A stretch of 32,340 nucleotides of DNA, taken from the NCBI GenBank assembly GCA_034722055.1, contig JAYENL010000176.1, positions 1 through 32,340 on the forward strand. The letters are read 5' to 3'. The position numbers were made by a program, and so were the translations under genes. The stretch is from Armatimonadota bacterium (GTDB lineage Bacteria > Armatimonadota > Zipacnadia > Zipacnadales > UBA5352). Under the pieces are notes generated by a model. It was not told the origin of the DNA. It worked only from the letters and a program-made list of their open reading frames with translations, and did not search any database. Shown piece by piece: positions 9,501 through 18,769 of the stretch; position 1 is the first letter of the stretch; every line of letters begins with the position of its first letter.

Positions 9501-10272
9501 CCTGCGGCCGGCCGTCGAGGTCAGGCTGGAGACCGAGGAGCCATGGGCGATGGCCGCCGAGCGCATCCTGACCGCCCGCTGCCACAACAATTCCTCGAAG
9601 CTGCGGCATATGCGCCTGCGGGTCGAGAGCCCGGGTGAGGGCTGGGAGATGACGCCGGCGCAGTGGCGCTCGGTGGACGTCCCGGCGCACGGCTCCATGG
9701 AGGCCGAGTTCCGGGTGCGGGCGCCCGAGGGCACCGTGCGGATGGTGCCCATGCGGGTCGTCGCCGAGGCCGGCCCGGAGCGCATCGGGGCCGAGGCCAT
9801 GGCGCTGTGCGGCCGTCCGGCGGAGCTGGCGGAGAACCTGGCGCGCTCGCCGGGCGTGACAGTCAGCGTGGACAGCAGCTACCCGGGCGGCTACCGCCCG
9901 GAGCCGCTCAACGACGGGCTGCTGTGGCCCGAGAACGTGCACTGGACGAAGCACGCCTGGGCCTCGGCGGAGAGCGGCAAGGACCACTGGGTCGAGTTCG
10001 CATGGCCGGAGCCTGTGGACATCTCCCGTGTCATCATCTACTGGAACGTGGAGAACGAGCGCGTCTTCACCGGGCGCGAGGTGATCGTCGAGGTGCTCCG
10101 CGATGACGGCTGGGCGCCGGTGGCCGAGGCTCAACCGCAGCCTGGCGAGGCGGCCACGGCCATCGTGCTCTCCCCCATCCACACCGAGAGGCTCCGCATC
10201 ATGCAGCCCGCCGGCATGGGCTCGGAGCACCGCCCGAACCTGATGTGGGTCACTGAGGTGCAGGTGGGGTAA
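6574..10272 (+). CDS. Large secreted multi-domain protein: putative glycoside-hydrolase core with an inserted CBM-like module, an Ig-like segment and a C-terminal discoidin (F5/8)-like domain
   Basis: Signal peptide (…SAAYA). GAYIDS resembles a TIM-barrel strand, GTVWFDDISV and NLVQNASFEE are CBM-like strands, and the C-terminus reads NLA…LNDG…W…RLRI…VTEVQV. ATG 6574 follows GAGGA. Confidence 0.65.
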   Translation: MVSAASLRTMAMVTMLCVFSSAAYARLPDAALRITLTDVVAEQSADPLRVPLDGRADATVLDVRISAQTRAEGPARVIGVHLQDLRGGDRALDLDVTLPLDLTGWTWHHDIRQSERIDAASELAERQYPLIVVTPEGGGEGIAMAIEPHQPVVYELRGGSEGLTLHAQLGLTPAGVGDLRSQAHVRLYLFPVDGALGFRGALATYYDLFPDAFERLAMDEGQWLFAFENTKLPNPAHYAYHEGGPAGWQYDEEHGIGTYPYTEVSSRTIHMHRLPEDRQDAVTAFEEYRQRQELSAAEWGMRGATVDTSVARSGSRSLRCEKDDPQQWVGAVQDVMVRQAEPEPVTISGWLRAQDVSGENQRELSLYGDVQLASGEWLFGQIAGFEPGTYDWRRATCTVESEQPIRMVRLHCLFRHGHTGTVWFDDISVTTASRPDENLVQNASFEEAGTNRDVAAIDAYHVEAADGHPVFFIRTDLSADVKPETPMKLLRFCLSPSPYLQRPRSGLPREGAPVPPGPATIEKYRRMIKGIPALDGAYIDSVSGWASRELDFRREHFHTVRHSFTYDPHSKRVVAPGKHYTYDFLKELGEALHPQDRWVFTNIHNTMDTFLLYTVSDVPGIESSITNHERFSYIRSASYHKPAVLLNFLNLLGFDERSKHDYHWRMAVLYGLYPSIGRRCDEAYELYGDLYRRFMPSLKRISAAGWEPVTHARMEPAGPAIERFGNSTSGLFFTIYNEAESDYEGSLTIDARAFGLIRDTLVGCDTTTGSTTPVEQAEGQARVELTLPPGEVAVMQVGTPTQVGQTTRAELDEVVTHLRRLESELPEERADRVRDLRGRVIGMHGTGPEELTADAVRDLVALYNDESIQGRAWTGETPGQALLRAMLLAARIEAAHHAPVDIAVSGTPVSGEESRVELHSGGEAVAEAVFLLHDAEGLQVVETDFTWPQEGHGPGLVDVIAIGVGDRPGAVRRTHRLRPAVEVRLETEEPWAMAAERILTARCHNNSSKLRHMRLRVESPGEGWEMTPAQWRSVDVPAHGSMEAEFRVRAPEGTVRMVPMRVVAEAGPERIGAEAMALCGRPAELAENLARSPGVTVSVDSSYPGGYRPEPLNDGLLWPENVHWTKHAWASAESGKDHWVEFAWPEPVDISRVIIYWNVENERVFTGREVIVEVLRDDGWAPVAEAQPQPGEAATAIVLSPIHTERLRIMQPAGMGSEHRPNLMWVTEVQVG

Positions 10273-10275
10273 CGG

Positions 10276-10352
10276 CAGCGGCAAGCTTCAAGCGGCAAGC
10301 TACCAGCTATCAGTCGTCAGTCATCAGCTATCAGTCATCAGCTATCAGCTAC
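10276..10352. repeat. Degenerate heptamer tandem repeat, 11 units (CAGCTAT/CAGTCAT/AAGCGGC variants)
   Basis: Read directly. Shorter runs occur at 10764-10784 and 12198-12225. Confidence 0.85.
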
Positions 10353-10393
10353 TGCCGAGTGGCGGAGGTTCGGGTATTGTCCCGAGCTGGTTG

Positions 10394-10740
10394 GCCGCGC
10401 CGTTTGGAGGGGCGGGACTACGCTCCCGCCCGGTCGTTCGGATGCAGCCCCATCCCATAGCCGCGCCTTCGATTGCGTAGATCGGGCTTCCAGCCCAACA
10501 ACAGCGAACGGCGTGCGGAGGAGGGCCTCCGCACCACGGACAGAAGCGTGCGTCCCACGGAACGGCGTCGTTTGCCGCGCCGTTTGGCCCCGTCGTTCGG
10601 ATGCAGCCCCATTCCGTAGCCGCGCCTTCGATCGCGTAGGTCGGGCTTCCAGCCCGAGAAACGGCGTGCGGAAGAGGGCCTCCGCACCACGGATAGGAGT
10701 GCCCGTCCCACGGAACGGCGTCGTTTGCCGCGCCGTTTGG
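10394..10740. repeat. BIME-like composite repeat: two tandem ~150-bp units (10433-10587, 10592-10740) plus a flanking hairpin
   Basis: Both units run GTCGTTCGGATGCAGCCCCAT…GGGCTTCCAGCCC…GTGCGGA.GAGGGCCTCCGCAC…CCCACGGAACGGCGTCGTTTGCCGCGCCGTTTGG. Confidence 0.9.
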
Positions 10741-10805
10741 AGGCGTCGGTCTCCACCCCGGCCCATCTATCAGCTACCAGCTATCAGGGCCACAAGCCCG
10801 GGGCG

Positions 10806-11273
10806 CTATCCCCTGGTGACGGGAATCTGGACCTCCGTGACGTTCTGCGAGGGGTCGGCCACCTCGTCCGGGTCAGTCAGGTAGACCTCGCGCGACGGTC
10901 CGGCGATCTCGTAGCCATTAGCCTCGATCCACTTCATCAGGGCCTCGTAGGCCCCGTGTACGCCCTCGAACGGGCCGCGGTGGACTGCCGCCGCCATGGT
11001 TCCGCCCGGCAGCTCGCGCGTCCTGATGTGCTCGTGCTCGGGCGTCTCCCCGACGATCGGGACGGCGACCTCGATGTCCACATCGCTCTCCTTGTACTCC
11101 TCGTCGTGGTAAAGCGCCAGCGGTGGGCCGGCGAACTGCACGCCGCTGGCGCCCAGGAAGGGCATGATCTCGCCGAACATCTCTGCAACGTGGCCGTAGG
11201 TGGGCTTGATCTGACGCAGCGACGCGACGCGCTGTGGCTCCACGTCCTTGAGCACGATCTCGTAGTCTGCCAT
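10806..11273 (-). CDS. Stand-alone GyrI-like small-molecule-binding domain protein
   Basis: HRGPFEGVHGAYEALMKWIEANGY…PSREVYL…TEVQIPV; AGGAGG RBS. Confidence 0.9.
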   Translation of the reverse strand: MADYEIVLKDVEPQRVASLRQIKPTYGHVAEMFGEIMPFLGASGVQFAGPPLALYHDEEYKESDVDIEVAVPIVGETPEHEHIRTRELPGGTMAAAVHRGPFEGVHGAYEALMKWIEANGYEIAGPSREVYLTDPDEVADPSQNVTEVQIPVTRG

Positions 11274-11380
11274 GATCTCCTCCTGCGCACCTCATTGACG
11301 ACCGAGAACTGCGGGCGACGCGGGCAACGTCGGCGCCGAATACGTGGCGGGTTCTGCAACACCGCCGTTCCGTCGAGAGG

Positions 11381-12121
11381 TCACAGCCCCAGCAACTGCG
11401 CGATGCTTCCGCCCAGGATCATCTCCTTCTCCTGGTCGGATACCTTCAGCATCTCGATCTGCTGGATGGCGAGCTCCACGTAGCGAACCAGGTCCGGCAT
11501 GGGATGCGGGCCATCGGTTCCAAAGAGCACGCGCTCAGCACCGATGCGCCCGACGGCGTCCTCGATGGTCCAGTCCAGCACCACCCCCGACGCATCCAGC
11601 CACACGTTGGGATGGTCCTCGGCGAGCTGGATGAAGCTGTCGATGAGCCCGCGGTCGGTGCACAGGTAGCGGCCGAAGTGGGCCACGATAAGCTTCGTCT
11701 CCGGGAAGTCGCTCGCCAGCCTCCGGCCAGTGGCGAGGTCGCCGCCCAGGTCCATGAGCACCGGCACGCCGAAGTCGCCGGCCAGCGTGAAGACCGGGTC
11801 CGCGATGTAGGGGTGCAGGCGGCACTCGCCGATGTGTATCTTGATCCCGTGGAAGCCCCTCTCGTCAAGCGCCTCTTCCAGCTCATCGATCACCGGCCGT
11901 TCGTAGCCCGGTAGCGCATAGACATAGGGGATGAGGCGATCAGCGCAGGTTTCAGCCGCCTCAGCGGCCATCTCGATGGAGCGGCGGGTGGTGGTGGACA
12001 TGGCGAACACCACCGAGCGATCCACGCCCGCCGCGTCCATGATCTCCACGATCTGCTCGGGCCGGTACTCTGTGCGCTCCACGTTCCCGTGCTTGAGGTG
12101 GACGTGCGAGTCGATGATCAT
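11381..12121 (-). CDS. Amidohydrolase family 2 metal-dependent hydrolase
   Basis: IIDSHVH, GIKIH, IVAHFG, VWLDAS and VLFGTDGP motifs; start set at MIIDSHVH. Confidence 0.9.
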   Translation of the reverse strand: MIIDSHVHLKHGNVERTEYRPEQIVEIMDAAGVDRSVVFAMSTTTRRSIEMAAEAAETCADRLIPYVYALPGYERPVIDELEEALDERGFHGIKIHIGECRLHPYIADPVFTLAGDFGVPVLMDLGGDLATGRRLASDFPETKLIVAHFGRYLCTDRGLIDSFIQLAEDHPNVWLDASGVVLDWTIEDAVGRIGAERVLFGTDGPHPMPDLVRYVELAIQQIEMLKVSDQEKEMILGGSIAQLLGL

Positions 12122-12296
12122 GCGCGCATCATCCCTTCGACCGCCGGCCGTAAGCAAGCGGTGGAAGGTTCCGCTCCCGACAGAGCCGAACCTTCGTCAG
12201 CTACCAGCAATCAGCAATCAGCTACGGCAACGGCGAACGGCAGGGCAGTGGGACCGTGGCGCCGGCTTCCAGCCCGCCGGCCGTGGGAGGTGCAGC

Positions 12297-13586
12297 ATGC
12301 TCAGAGCAGGCTTCCACGTTGCTGACATCACCCCGCCATTGGGGGCGGACATCCCCGGCAGCTTGGCGCCTCGCCGAGCAGATGGCGTCAGCGATCCCCT
12401 GAAGGTGCGCGCGGCGGTGCTGACATCTGACCGCCAGGCACTGGCCATCGTGGGCGTCGATGCGGTCTCGCTCAAGACCGGGGATGTGATGCGCGCCCGA
12501 GCGGAGGCGACCGATCTGTCCGGTGTGCCGGCGGACAACATCATCGTCGCGGCCAGCCACACGCACACCGGCGGGCCCAGCAACGACGTGCTGGGAACCG
12601 CCTCGGATGAGCACTACCGGGAGGAGATCGTGCGCCAGATCGTCGGGGCGGTGGCGGAGGCGGAGCGCCGCGCGGTTCCCGCTGAGGTCGCCTGGGCCTC
12701 CGGACGTGCGGAGGGGCTGGCGTGGAATCGGCGCTGGGTGCTGACCGACGGCTCTCACGAGACCCACGCCGATCCCGCGCGGCCCGAGGTCATCGAGCGC
12801 GCGGGGCCCAGCGACCCGGAGGTGCTGGTGCTGGCGGCGCGCGAGCCGAAGGGCCGACTCCTCGGCCTGGTCGCCAACTTCACCTGCCACTGCACGCTCG
12901 CCGGGGGAGCGCGCTTCTCGGCGGACTATCCCGGCGCGTGGAGCGACCAACTCGAGCGGCTGACCGGCGCGCCCCTGGTCTTCCTCAACGGCGCCATGGG
13001 CGATGTGACGCAGGTCAACCCGCTTCTCGACCAGCCCCAGCGAGGCGAGCAGGCCATCCGGCGCTTCGCCCGGAAGCTGGCCGGCGAGACGCTGAAGCTG
13101 CTCGCCGACATGCAGTTCACCGGCGAGGCGCCGATCGCTTCGGCATGCGAGACGCTGGGGATCGACTTCCGCCGCCCCGACGCGGACCAGCTTCAGCGCG
13201 ACCAGGAGACCCTCGCGGAGGCGGACGATGGTGACTACTCGCGCCAGGTCGTCTTCGCCCGGGAGCGACTGGCGCTGGCGGAGTACATCCACCGCGTCGG
13301 CAGGGAGCCATGCGAGATCATCTGCGCGCGGGTGGGCGACTTCGCCATGGCGTCCTCGCCCGGGCAGATGTTCTGCCGCTTCGGCCTGGATTGCAAGCAG
13401 CGCTCGCCCTTCGAGCACACCGCGTTCGTCTCGCTGGCGAACGGCAACGCGGGCTACGTGCCCACCGCAGAGGCTATCGAGAAGGGCGGCTACGAGCCGG
13501 CGCTTTGCAGGGGGAGCAAGCTGGTGCCGGAGGCCAGCGAGCGGATCGTGGATGCGTCGATCCGCCTTCTGGAGGCCATCACGTAG
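12297..13586 (+). CDS. Neutral/alkaline ceramidase-like metal hydrolase
   Basis: DITPP, DPLKVRA, ASHTHTGGP, NRR, NFTCH, SADYPG, GAMGD and GYVPT…GGYE motifs; GGGAGG RBS before ATG 12297. Confidence 0.85.
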   Translation: MLRAGFHVADITPPLGADIPGSLAPRRADGVSDPLKVRAAVLTSDRQALAIVGVDAVSLKTGDVMRARAEATDLSGVPADNIIVAASHTHTGGPSNDVLGTASDEHYREEIVRQIVGAVAEAERRAVPAEVAWASGRAEGLAWNRRWVLTDGSHETHADPARPEVIERAGPSDPEVLVLAAREPKGRLLGLVANFTCHCTLAGGARFSADYPGAWSDQLERLTGAPLVFLNGAMGDVTQVNPLLDQPQRGEQAIRRFARKLAGETLKLLADMQFTGEAPIASACETLGIDFRRPDADQLQRDQETLAEADDGDYSRQVVFARERLALAEYIHRVGREPCEIICARVGDFAMASSPGQMFCRFGLDCKQRSPFEHTAFVSLANGNAGYVPTAEAIEKGGYEPALCRGSKLVPEASERIVDASIRLLEAIT

Positions 13587-13620
13587 AGCAGCGCATGCCG
13601 CCGGGTTTCGGAGGCCCACG

Positions 13621-15144
13621 ATGAGCGATCGGCCGAACGTCCTGCTTATCCTGTCCGACCAGCATAACGCCAAGGTGCTGAGCCACGAGGGCCATCCGGA
13701 CGTGGAGACGCCGAACCTCGACCGGCTGGCAGGGCAGGGCGTGCGCTTCCGCACTGCCATCACCCAGAACCCCATCTGCACGCCCAGCCGCGTGTCGTGG
13801 ATGTCCGGCCAGTACTGTCACAACCACGGCTATCACGGCCTCAGCGGCCCGAATCCGCGGGGCCTGCCCACCATCTTCGGCCACTTCCGCCGCCACGGCT
13901 ACCGCACCGGAGCGGTGGGTAAGATCCACTGCCCCGAGTACTGGATTGAGGATGACACCGACCTCTTCCACGAGACCTGTGACTGCTCCATCGGCGGTCG
14001 GAGCGCGGCCTACGCGGAGTATCTGGCCGAGCGCGGCCTCACCGACCTGGAGGACCACGGGGCCATGCAGGAGTTCGGCGATCGCGGGCGGCAGACGGTA
14101 GAGGGGCGGCCGTCGATGGTCTCCTACGAGGACGGGCAGGAGGGCTGGGCCGTGCGCCAGGCCATCGACTTCATGGACGAGTGCGCGCGGGAGGGCCAGC
14201 CCTTCTTCGCCCACGTGAGCCTCCCCAAGCCCCATCAGTGTTACACCCCGGCGCAGCCCTTCTGGGACCTCTACCGCCAGAGCGAGCTGACGCTGCCACC
14301 CAACGCCGAGTACGACATGTCCGGGAAGGCCCCGCATCTGCGGCGCGCCGCCGAGCGGTGGCGGACGTCCGACTGGCAGCTCTTCGAGCCGAAGACCTTC
14401 GAGGCCGGGCGGCTCCGCAAGCTGCACGGATACCTGGGCAACGTCAGCCACGTGGACTTCGCGGTCGGGGAGCTCATGGACTGGATCGACGAGAGCGGGC
14501 TGGGGGAGGACACCATCGTGGTCTACTCCTCCGACCATGGCGACTACGCCTGCGAGCATAGCATCATGGAGAAGGCGCCGGGGATCTGCGCCGATGCCAT
14601 CACGCGCGTGCCCATGATCTGGCGTTGGGCGGGGCGCTTCAAGTTCGGGCACGCCGCGGAGGAGGTCGTGGAGTCGGTGGACTTCACCGCCACGGTCTGC
14701 GCGCTGGCCGGTCTGCCGGCCTTGGAGACCTCCGACGGCCGCGACATCTCGCATCTGCTGCGCGGGGAGAGCGGCGAGGTGCACCGCTGCGGCGTCACGG
14801 AGTTCGCCTGGAGCAAGAGCCTGCGCCGGGGCAAGTGGCGACTCGTCTACTACCCGCCGGAGATGTTCCCGGACGAATACCCCCAAGGCTTCGGGGAGCT
14901 GTACGACCTTGAGGCCGACCCGTGGGAGATGCAGAACCTCTACTTCGATCCCGAGCACCGGGAGGTGGTCCGGGATCTAACCGACGAGCTGCTGCGGTGG
15001 CTGATCACCACCACGCGGCCCACCACAGTCCACCCGCCCACGCGCTGGAGCAGCCCGCAGGCGGTCACGCGCTACAACAACACCGTGACCGCTGACGGCA
15101 CCACCAGCCCCGATCGCTTCACGCCCGGCGGGAACTACATGTAG
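13621..15144 (+). CDS. Cys-type (formylglycine-dependent) sulfatase, cytoplasmic
   Basis: PNVLLILSDQH, TPNLDRLA, CTPSR, VGKIH, SSDHGD and ELYDLEADPWE motifs; no signal peptide. Confidence 0.95.
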   Translation: MSDRPNVLLILSDQHNAKVLSHEGHPDVETPNLDRLAGQGVRFRTAITQNPICTPSRVSWMSGQYCHNHGYHGLSGPNPRGLPTIFGHFRRHGYRTGAVGKIHCPEYWIEDDTDLFHETCDCSIGGRSAAYAEYLAERGLTDLEDHGAMQEFGDRGRQTVEGRPSMVSYEDGQEGWAVRQAIDFMDECAREGQPFFAHVSLPKPHQCYTPAQPFWDLYRQSELTLPPNAEYDMSGKAPHLRRAAERWRTSDWQLFEPKTFEAGRLRKLHGYLGNVSHVDFAVGELMDWIDESGLGEDTIVVYSSDHGDYACEHSIMEKAPGICADAITRVPMIWRWAGRFKFGHAAEEVVESVDFTATVCALAGLPALETSDGRDISHLLRGESGEVHRCGVTEFAWSKSLRRGKWRLVYYPPEMFPDEYPQGFGELYDLEADPWEMQNLYFDPEHREVVRDLTDELLRWLITTTRPTTVHPPTRWSSPQAVTRYNNTVTADGTTSPDRFTPGGNYM

Positions 15145-15166
15145 CGCCCCTGGGGGATGGCTCACG

Positions 15167-15551
15167 CGCGTTCCACAATTACGCGTTCCACAACTACGGC
15201 AGGCGGGCGCCCTCGCCCGCCTGCGGGCCGAAGGGTCCCTCGATCCTCGAACGACAGGAGACCAGAGGTCTCACGGGCGCGAGCGTAGTCGCGCCCCCTA
15301 AACGGCTGGGCAAACGCCGCCCTCCCGTGGCACGCACGCTTCTCTCCGTGGTGCGGAGGCCCTCCTCCGCACGCCGTTTCTCATTGTCGGGCTGGAAGCC
15401 CGACCTACGCGAAGGGGGGAGGCCGTTTGCCGTTCCGTGGGACGGACACTCCTGTCCGTCCGCCGTTCGCGGAACGGGCCAAGCGTTTGGGGACTACGGG
15501 GAGCGTACTCGCCCTCCAAGCGGCACGGCAAACTGGCGTCGGGCTGGAAGC
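15167..15551. repeat. Second composite repeat cluster, in inverted orientation to 10394-10740
   Basis: About 15275-15412 and 15429-15459 are reverse complements of modules of the first cluster. CGCGTTCCACAA occurs twice (15167, 15182), and there is a REP-like hairpin at 15199-15224. Confidence 0.85.
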
Positions 15552-15704
15552 GGGGCCACACCAAAAAGACCTCCACCTACCCGAAAAACAACCCCCACCT
15601 ACGCGAGGGAAGCGCAGGCTGCCATGCGGGCAGGCAGGTGTGCGGCGCGTGGCGCGCGAAACGGCAGATGCATGCCAGGACCCGTCGGCAGGGAGGACAC
15701 TATC

Positions 15705-17747
15705 GTGCCGCGACTGCTGATCTTCGCGCTCGCGCTGACTCTGACGGCCTGGGGAGCCGCCGCCCAGGTGGTCTCTCCACTGGAGGCTGACGAGCATACG
15801 CTGCTGCTGTACCGCTTCGAGGGCGAGGGCGACGAGGTGGTCGATGAGGGCCCGCTGGGCCTCAACGCGTCGGTCAGCGAGGGCCAGCTCATCCGCACGG
15901 AGGGCATCTGCGGGAGGGCCATCTCGCTGAGCGACCACCAGGCGCTGGTCCTGCCACAGACCCCCGAGGAGCTGCGGGGGATGGACCAGATCTCCGTCGA
16001 GGTGTGGTTCCGCACCACCAACGAGGATCCTACGCACCGCCAGCGGCTGGTGCTCTACTGGGAGCACTACCTGATCAGCATCTTCGAGGGCGGGCGACTG
16101 ACCGGCCATCTCTACGATCAGGACGCCACCAAGTACGTCCTGCGCGGCACAGACGCCATCCGTCCACACGAGTGGTATCACGCGGCGCTGACGTGGGATG
16201 GCCAGCGGGCCAGGCTGTGGCAGAACGGCCGCCAGGTAACCAGCCTCCGCATGACCGGAACCATCAACGCGGCCGTCGGCGGAGGACTGCAGATCGGGAC
16301 GGTGGGCGGGGATTCCTTCATCGGAGAGCTGGACGAGCTGCGCATCTCGAAGGTGGCGCGGACGGCCTTTCCGGCCGCCCGGCAGTACGACTTCTGCCAT
16401 CCCAGCACCACGCTGGCCGTCGCCCCCGGCCCGGCGCGCATGATCTTCGATGCGGTGGTACCACAGGACGTCACTCGCGTGGAGTGCCGCGCGGAGCTGG
16501 AGGGCGGCCCGTCGGGCACGGCCACCATCGCCGAGCTGGAGGCGATGGAGGGGCTGGGGATGCTGGAGGGGGGCGCGGAGGTCGTGCTCACAGTCCCGGG
16601 AGCCATGGCCGGTGAGACGACCTTCACCGGCACGATGACATACCACAGCGGCGGAGAGCAGATCCAGGCACGGAGGGAGTTCACCATGGACGTGGAGCCG
16701 ATGGTGCCGCCGCCGGCGGAGGAGTTCCGCGCGGCGTGGACGCACAGCCACCGCATTGAGGATCCCGAGGACATCTTCTCGCGCATGGCCGCCGGGGGGC
16801 TCAACGCCGCCATCATGCGGGTGCGGCGCGGTGAGACGGCCTACTACAACTCGGCGCTGGGGCCCATCTCGAAGGTGCCATTCGACAACGAGCAGCTTCT
16901 GGAGGAGTGCGCGGCGGCTGCCAAGCGCCACGGCATCGACCTGCATCTTTACGTCAACAACTTCCCGGTGGGCTCGCCGGACTCGGATTACGCCCAGCGG
17001 CTCAAGGAGCAAGGGCGCTGGCAGAAGAACCACCGGGGCGAGGACGTGGCCTGGCTGTGCCCCAGCCACCCGGAGAACCTGCAGCTTGTCGAGGACGCCA
17101 TGGTGGAGCTGGTGCGGGATTACGACATCGCTGGCGTCCAGTACGACTTCATTCGTTACGGCGGCGAGGACGTCTGCTTCTGCGACCGCTGCCGGGCGAA
17201 CTTCGAGGAGCGCATCGGACACGAGGTTGAGAACTGGCCGGAGGACTGTCGGCCGGACGGGCCGCTCTACGATGAGTGGATGGACTTCCGCGCCGGCCTG
17301 ATCACCCAGGCCGTCCGGCGCACCAGCGCGGCCGTGCGGGCCGAGGACCCGGACGCCATCATCACCGCGGCGGTCTTTGCGATGCCCCCGGAGGAGGCGA
17401 AGCTGAGGGTGGGACAGGACTGGGCGCTGTGGTGCCGCGAGGGCTTGCTGGACGCCCTCTGCCCCATGTCCTACACCGGGGACAACGCTGACTACGAGCA
17501 GACGGTGGGGCTGATCCTGGAGGCGGTGGGCGAGTACCTGCCGGTCTACGCCGGGATCGGCGTCCGAGCCAGCCGCAATCGCATGCAGTATCCTGAACAG
17601 CTCGCGGCGAAGCTGAACATCCTGCGGCGGCTGGGGGCACCCGGGTTCTCGATGTTCTGCGTGACGCCCACGACCGATGTGCCCGAGCAGATCCTGATGC
17701 CGCTGCGGGATACGCTCCTGCCCGGCAGGGGCCGAGGCGAGCAGTAG
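15705..17747 (+). CDS. Secreted LamG-like jelly-roll plus GHL10 (glycosyl hydrolase-like 10) protein
   Basis: GTG 15705 after GGGAGG and a signal peptide. LamG motifs LLYRFE, WYHAALTWDG, FIGELDELRIS. GHL10-like motifs FRAAW, WLCPSHPE, GVQYDFIRY, QDW, CPMSY. Confidence 0.85.
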   Translation: MPRLLIFALALTLTAWGAAAQVVSPLEADEHTLLLYRFEGEGDEVVDEGPLGLNASVSEGQLIRTEGICGRAISLSDHQALVLPQTPEELRGMDQISVEVWFRTTNEDPTHRQRLVLYWEHYLISIFEGGRLTGHLYDQDATKYVLRGTDAIRPHEWYHAALTWDGQRARLWQNGRQVTSLRMTGTINAAVGGGLQIGTVGGDSFIGELDELRISKVARTAFPAARQYDFCHPSTTLAVAPGPARMIFDAVVPQDVTRVECRAELEGGPSGTATIAELEAMEGLGMLEGGAEVVLTVPGAMAGETTFTGTMTYHSGGEQIQARREFTMDVEPMVPPPAEEFRAAWTHSHRIEDPEDIFSRMAAGGLNAAIMRVRRGETAYYNSALGPISKVPFDNEQLLEECAAAAKRHGIDLHLYVNNFPVGSPDSDYAQRLKEQGRWQKNHRGEDVAWLCPSHPENLQLVEDAMVELVRDYDIAGVQYDFIRYGGEDVCFCDRCRANFEERIGHEVENWPEDCRPDGPLYDEWMDFRAGLITQAVRRTSAAVRAEDPDAIITAAVFAMPPEEAKLRVGQDWALWCREGLLDALCPMSYTGDNADYEQTVGLILEAVGEYLPVYAGIGVRASRNRMQYPEQLAAKLNILRRLGAPGFSMFCVTPTTDVPEQILMPLRDTLLPGRGRGEQ

Positions 17748-17831
17748 GGGCCCAGCAGCCGACTGCAGGCGACGAATGCGCGGCCCGGGCGCCTCCACGG
17801 GCGCTGCGGGCCGCCTTCACGGGAGCTGACC

Positions 17832-18761
17832 ATGGCACACGAGCGGGACGCCATTGAGGAGCGGTGCGGGCCGATTCTGGACCCGATCCTCCTGTCCGTC
17901 GCCATCATCTGGGGCGGCAACTTCGTGGCCTACAAGTACCTCATGGCCGCGATCCCCGCGCGGGGCCTGCTGGCGGCGCGGTTCATCTCCATCACCGTGC
18001 TGCTCCTGGCGATCCTGGGCGTCCGGGGGCGCCTGCGGCAGGGCAACACCCGCGCCATGTGGGTTCGCCTCTTCCTGGCCGGCGTGCTCATCATGGGCCT
18101 GCAGCAGATCGCCTTCGTGACGGGTCTGGACCTGACCGCAGCCGGCGAGGGGTCGCTGATCTTCTCCACCGCGCCCATTCTCACCGCCCTCATGGCCGCC
18201 GCCATCGGCCAGGAGCGTATCACACCCGCCAACTGGCTGGGGATCGCTGCCGCCATGGCGGGCACGGCCATGGTCATCCTCGGCGGGGCGGGGGCCCTGC
18301 ACGTGCCCGAGACACGGGTGACCGGCGATCTGCTGATGCTGGCGTCCTCGTTCGGCTACGCCCTCTTCATGGTGGTCAGCAAGCCCCTCATGCGCCGGTA
18401 CGGGGCGCTGAAGGTGGTCTCCTTTGCCTACCTCTTCGGGCTGCTGGTGGTAGTCCCGTTCGGGGCCGGGCAGATGGTAGGGGCGGATTGGGGCGCGCTG
18501 AACGCGGCCGGCTGGTTCTCCATGTTCTGGCTGGTGATGCTGGCGGGCGTCTACGGCTTCGTGGCATGGTACTGGCGGATCTCGCGGACCACGCCCTCCC
18601 GCGTGGCCGTCTACCAGTACTTCGTGCCGGTTGTGGCGATGGTGACGGCGGCGCTGCTGCTGGGGGAGCGGCCGTCGTGGCTGCAGATCGTGGGGGCCTG
18701 CCTCGTGCTGGCAGGGCTCTACTTCGCCCGCCGCCGCGACCCCACCGCCTGCCCCACCTGA
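17832..18761 (+). CDS. DMT/EamA family transporter
   Basis: IIWGGNF, two EamA repeats, about 10 TM helices, LLLGERP motif. Confidence 0.92.
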   Translation: MAHERDAIEERCGPILDPILLSVAIIWGGNFVAYKYLMAAIPARGLLAARFISITVLLLAILGVRGRLRQGNTRAMWVRLFLAGVLIMGLQQIAFVTGLDLTAAGEGSLIFSTAPILTALMAAAIGQERITPANWLGIAAAMAGTAMVILGGAGALHVPETRVTGDLLMLASSFGYALFMVVSKPLMRRYGALKVVSFAYLFGLLVVVPFGAGQMVGADWGALNAAGWFSMFWLVMLAGVYGFVAWYWRISRTTPSRVAVYQYFVPVVAMVTAALLLGERPSWLQIVGACLVLAGLYFARRRDPTACPT

Positions 18762-18769
18762 GCCGCTGC

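Noticed and set aside
10394..10740. Possible CRISPR array
   Set aside because: Whole ~150-bp units repeat with no unique spacers, and there are no cas genes.
10338..10884. ORFs with internally repeated peptides
   Set aside because: These are translations of the non-coding tandem repeat.
11931..12296. Long N-terminal extensions in the ORF track (also at 13228, 15327, 20480, 21108, 21504, 29436)
   Set aside because: They overlap neighbouring genes or repeats; downstream starts fit the family N-termini and mostly have a clear RBS.
15167..15193. TTCCACAA pair as DnaA boxes
   Set aside because: Not the TTATCCACA consensus, no AT-rich unwinding region, and part of a repeat cluster.
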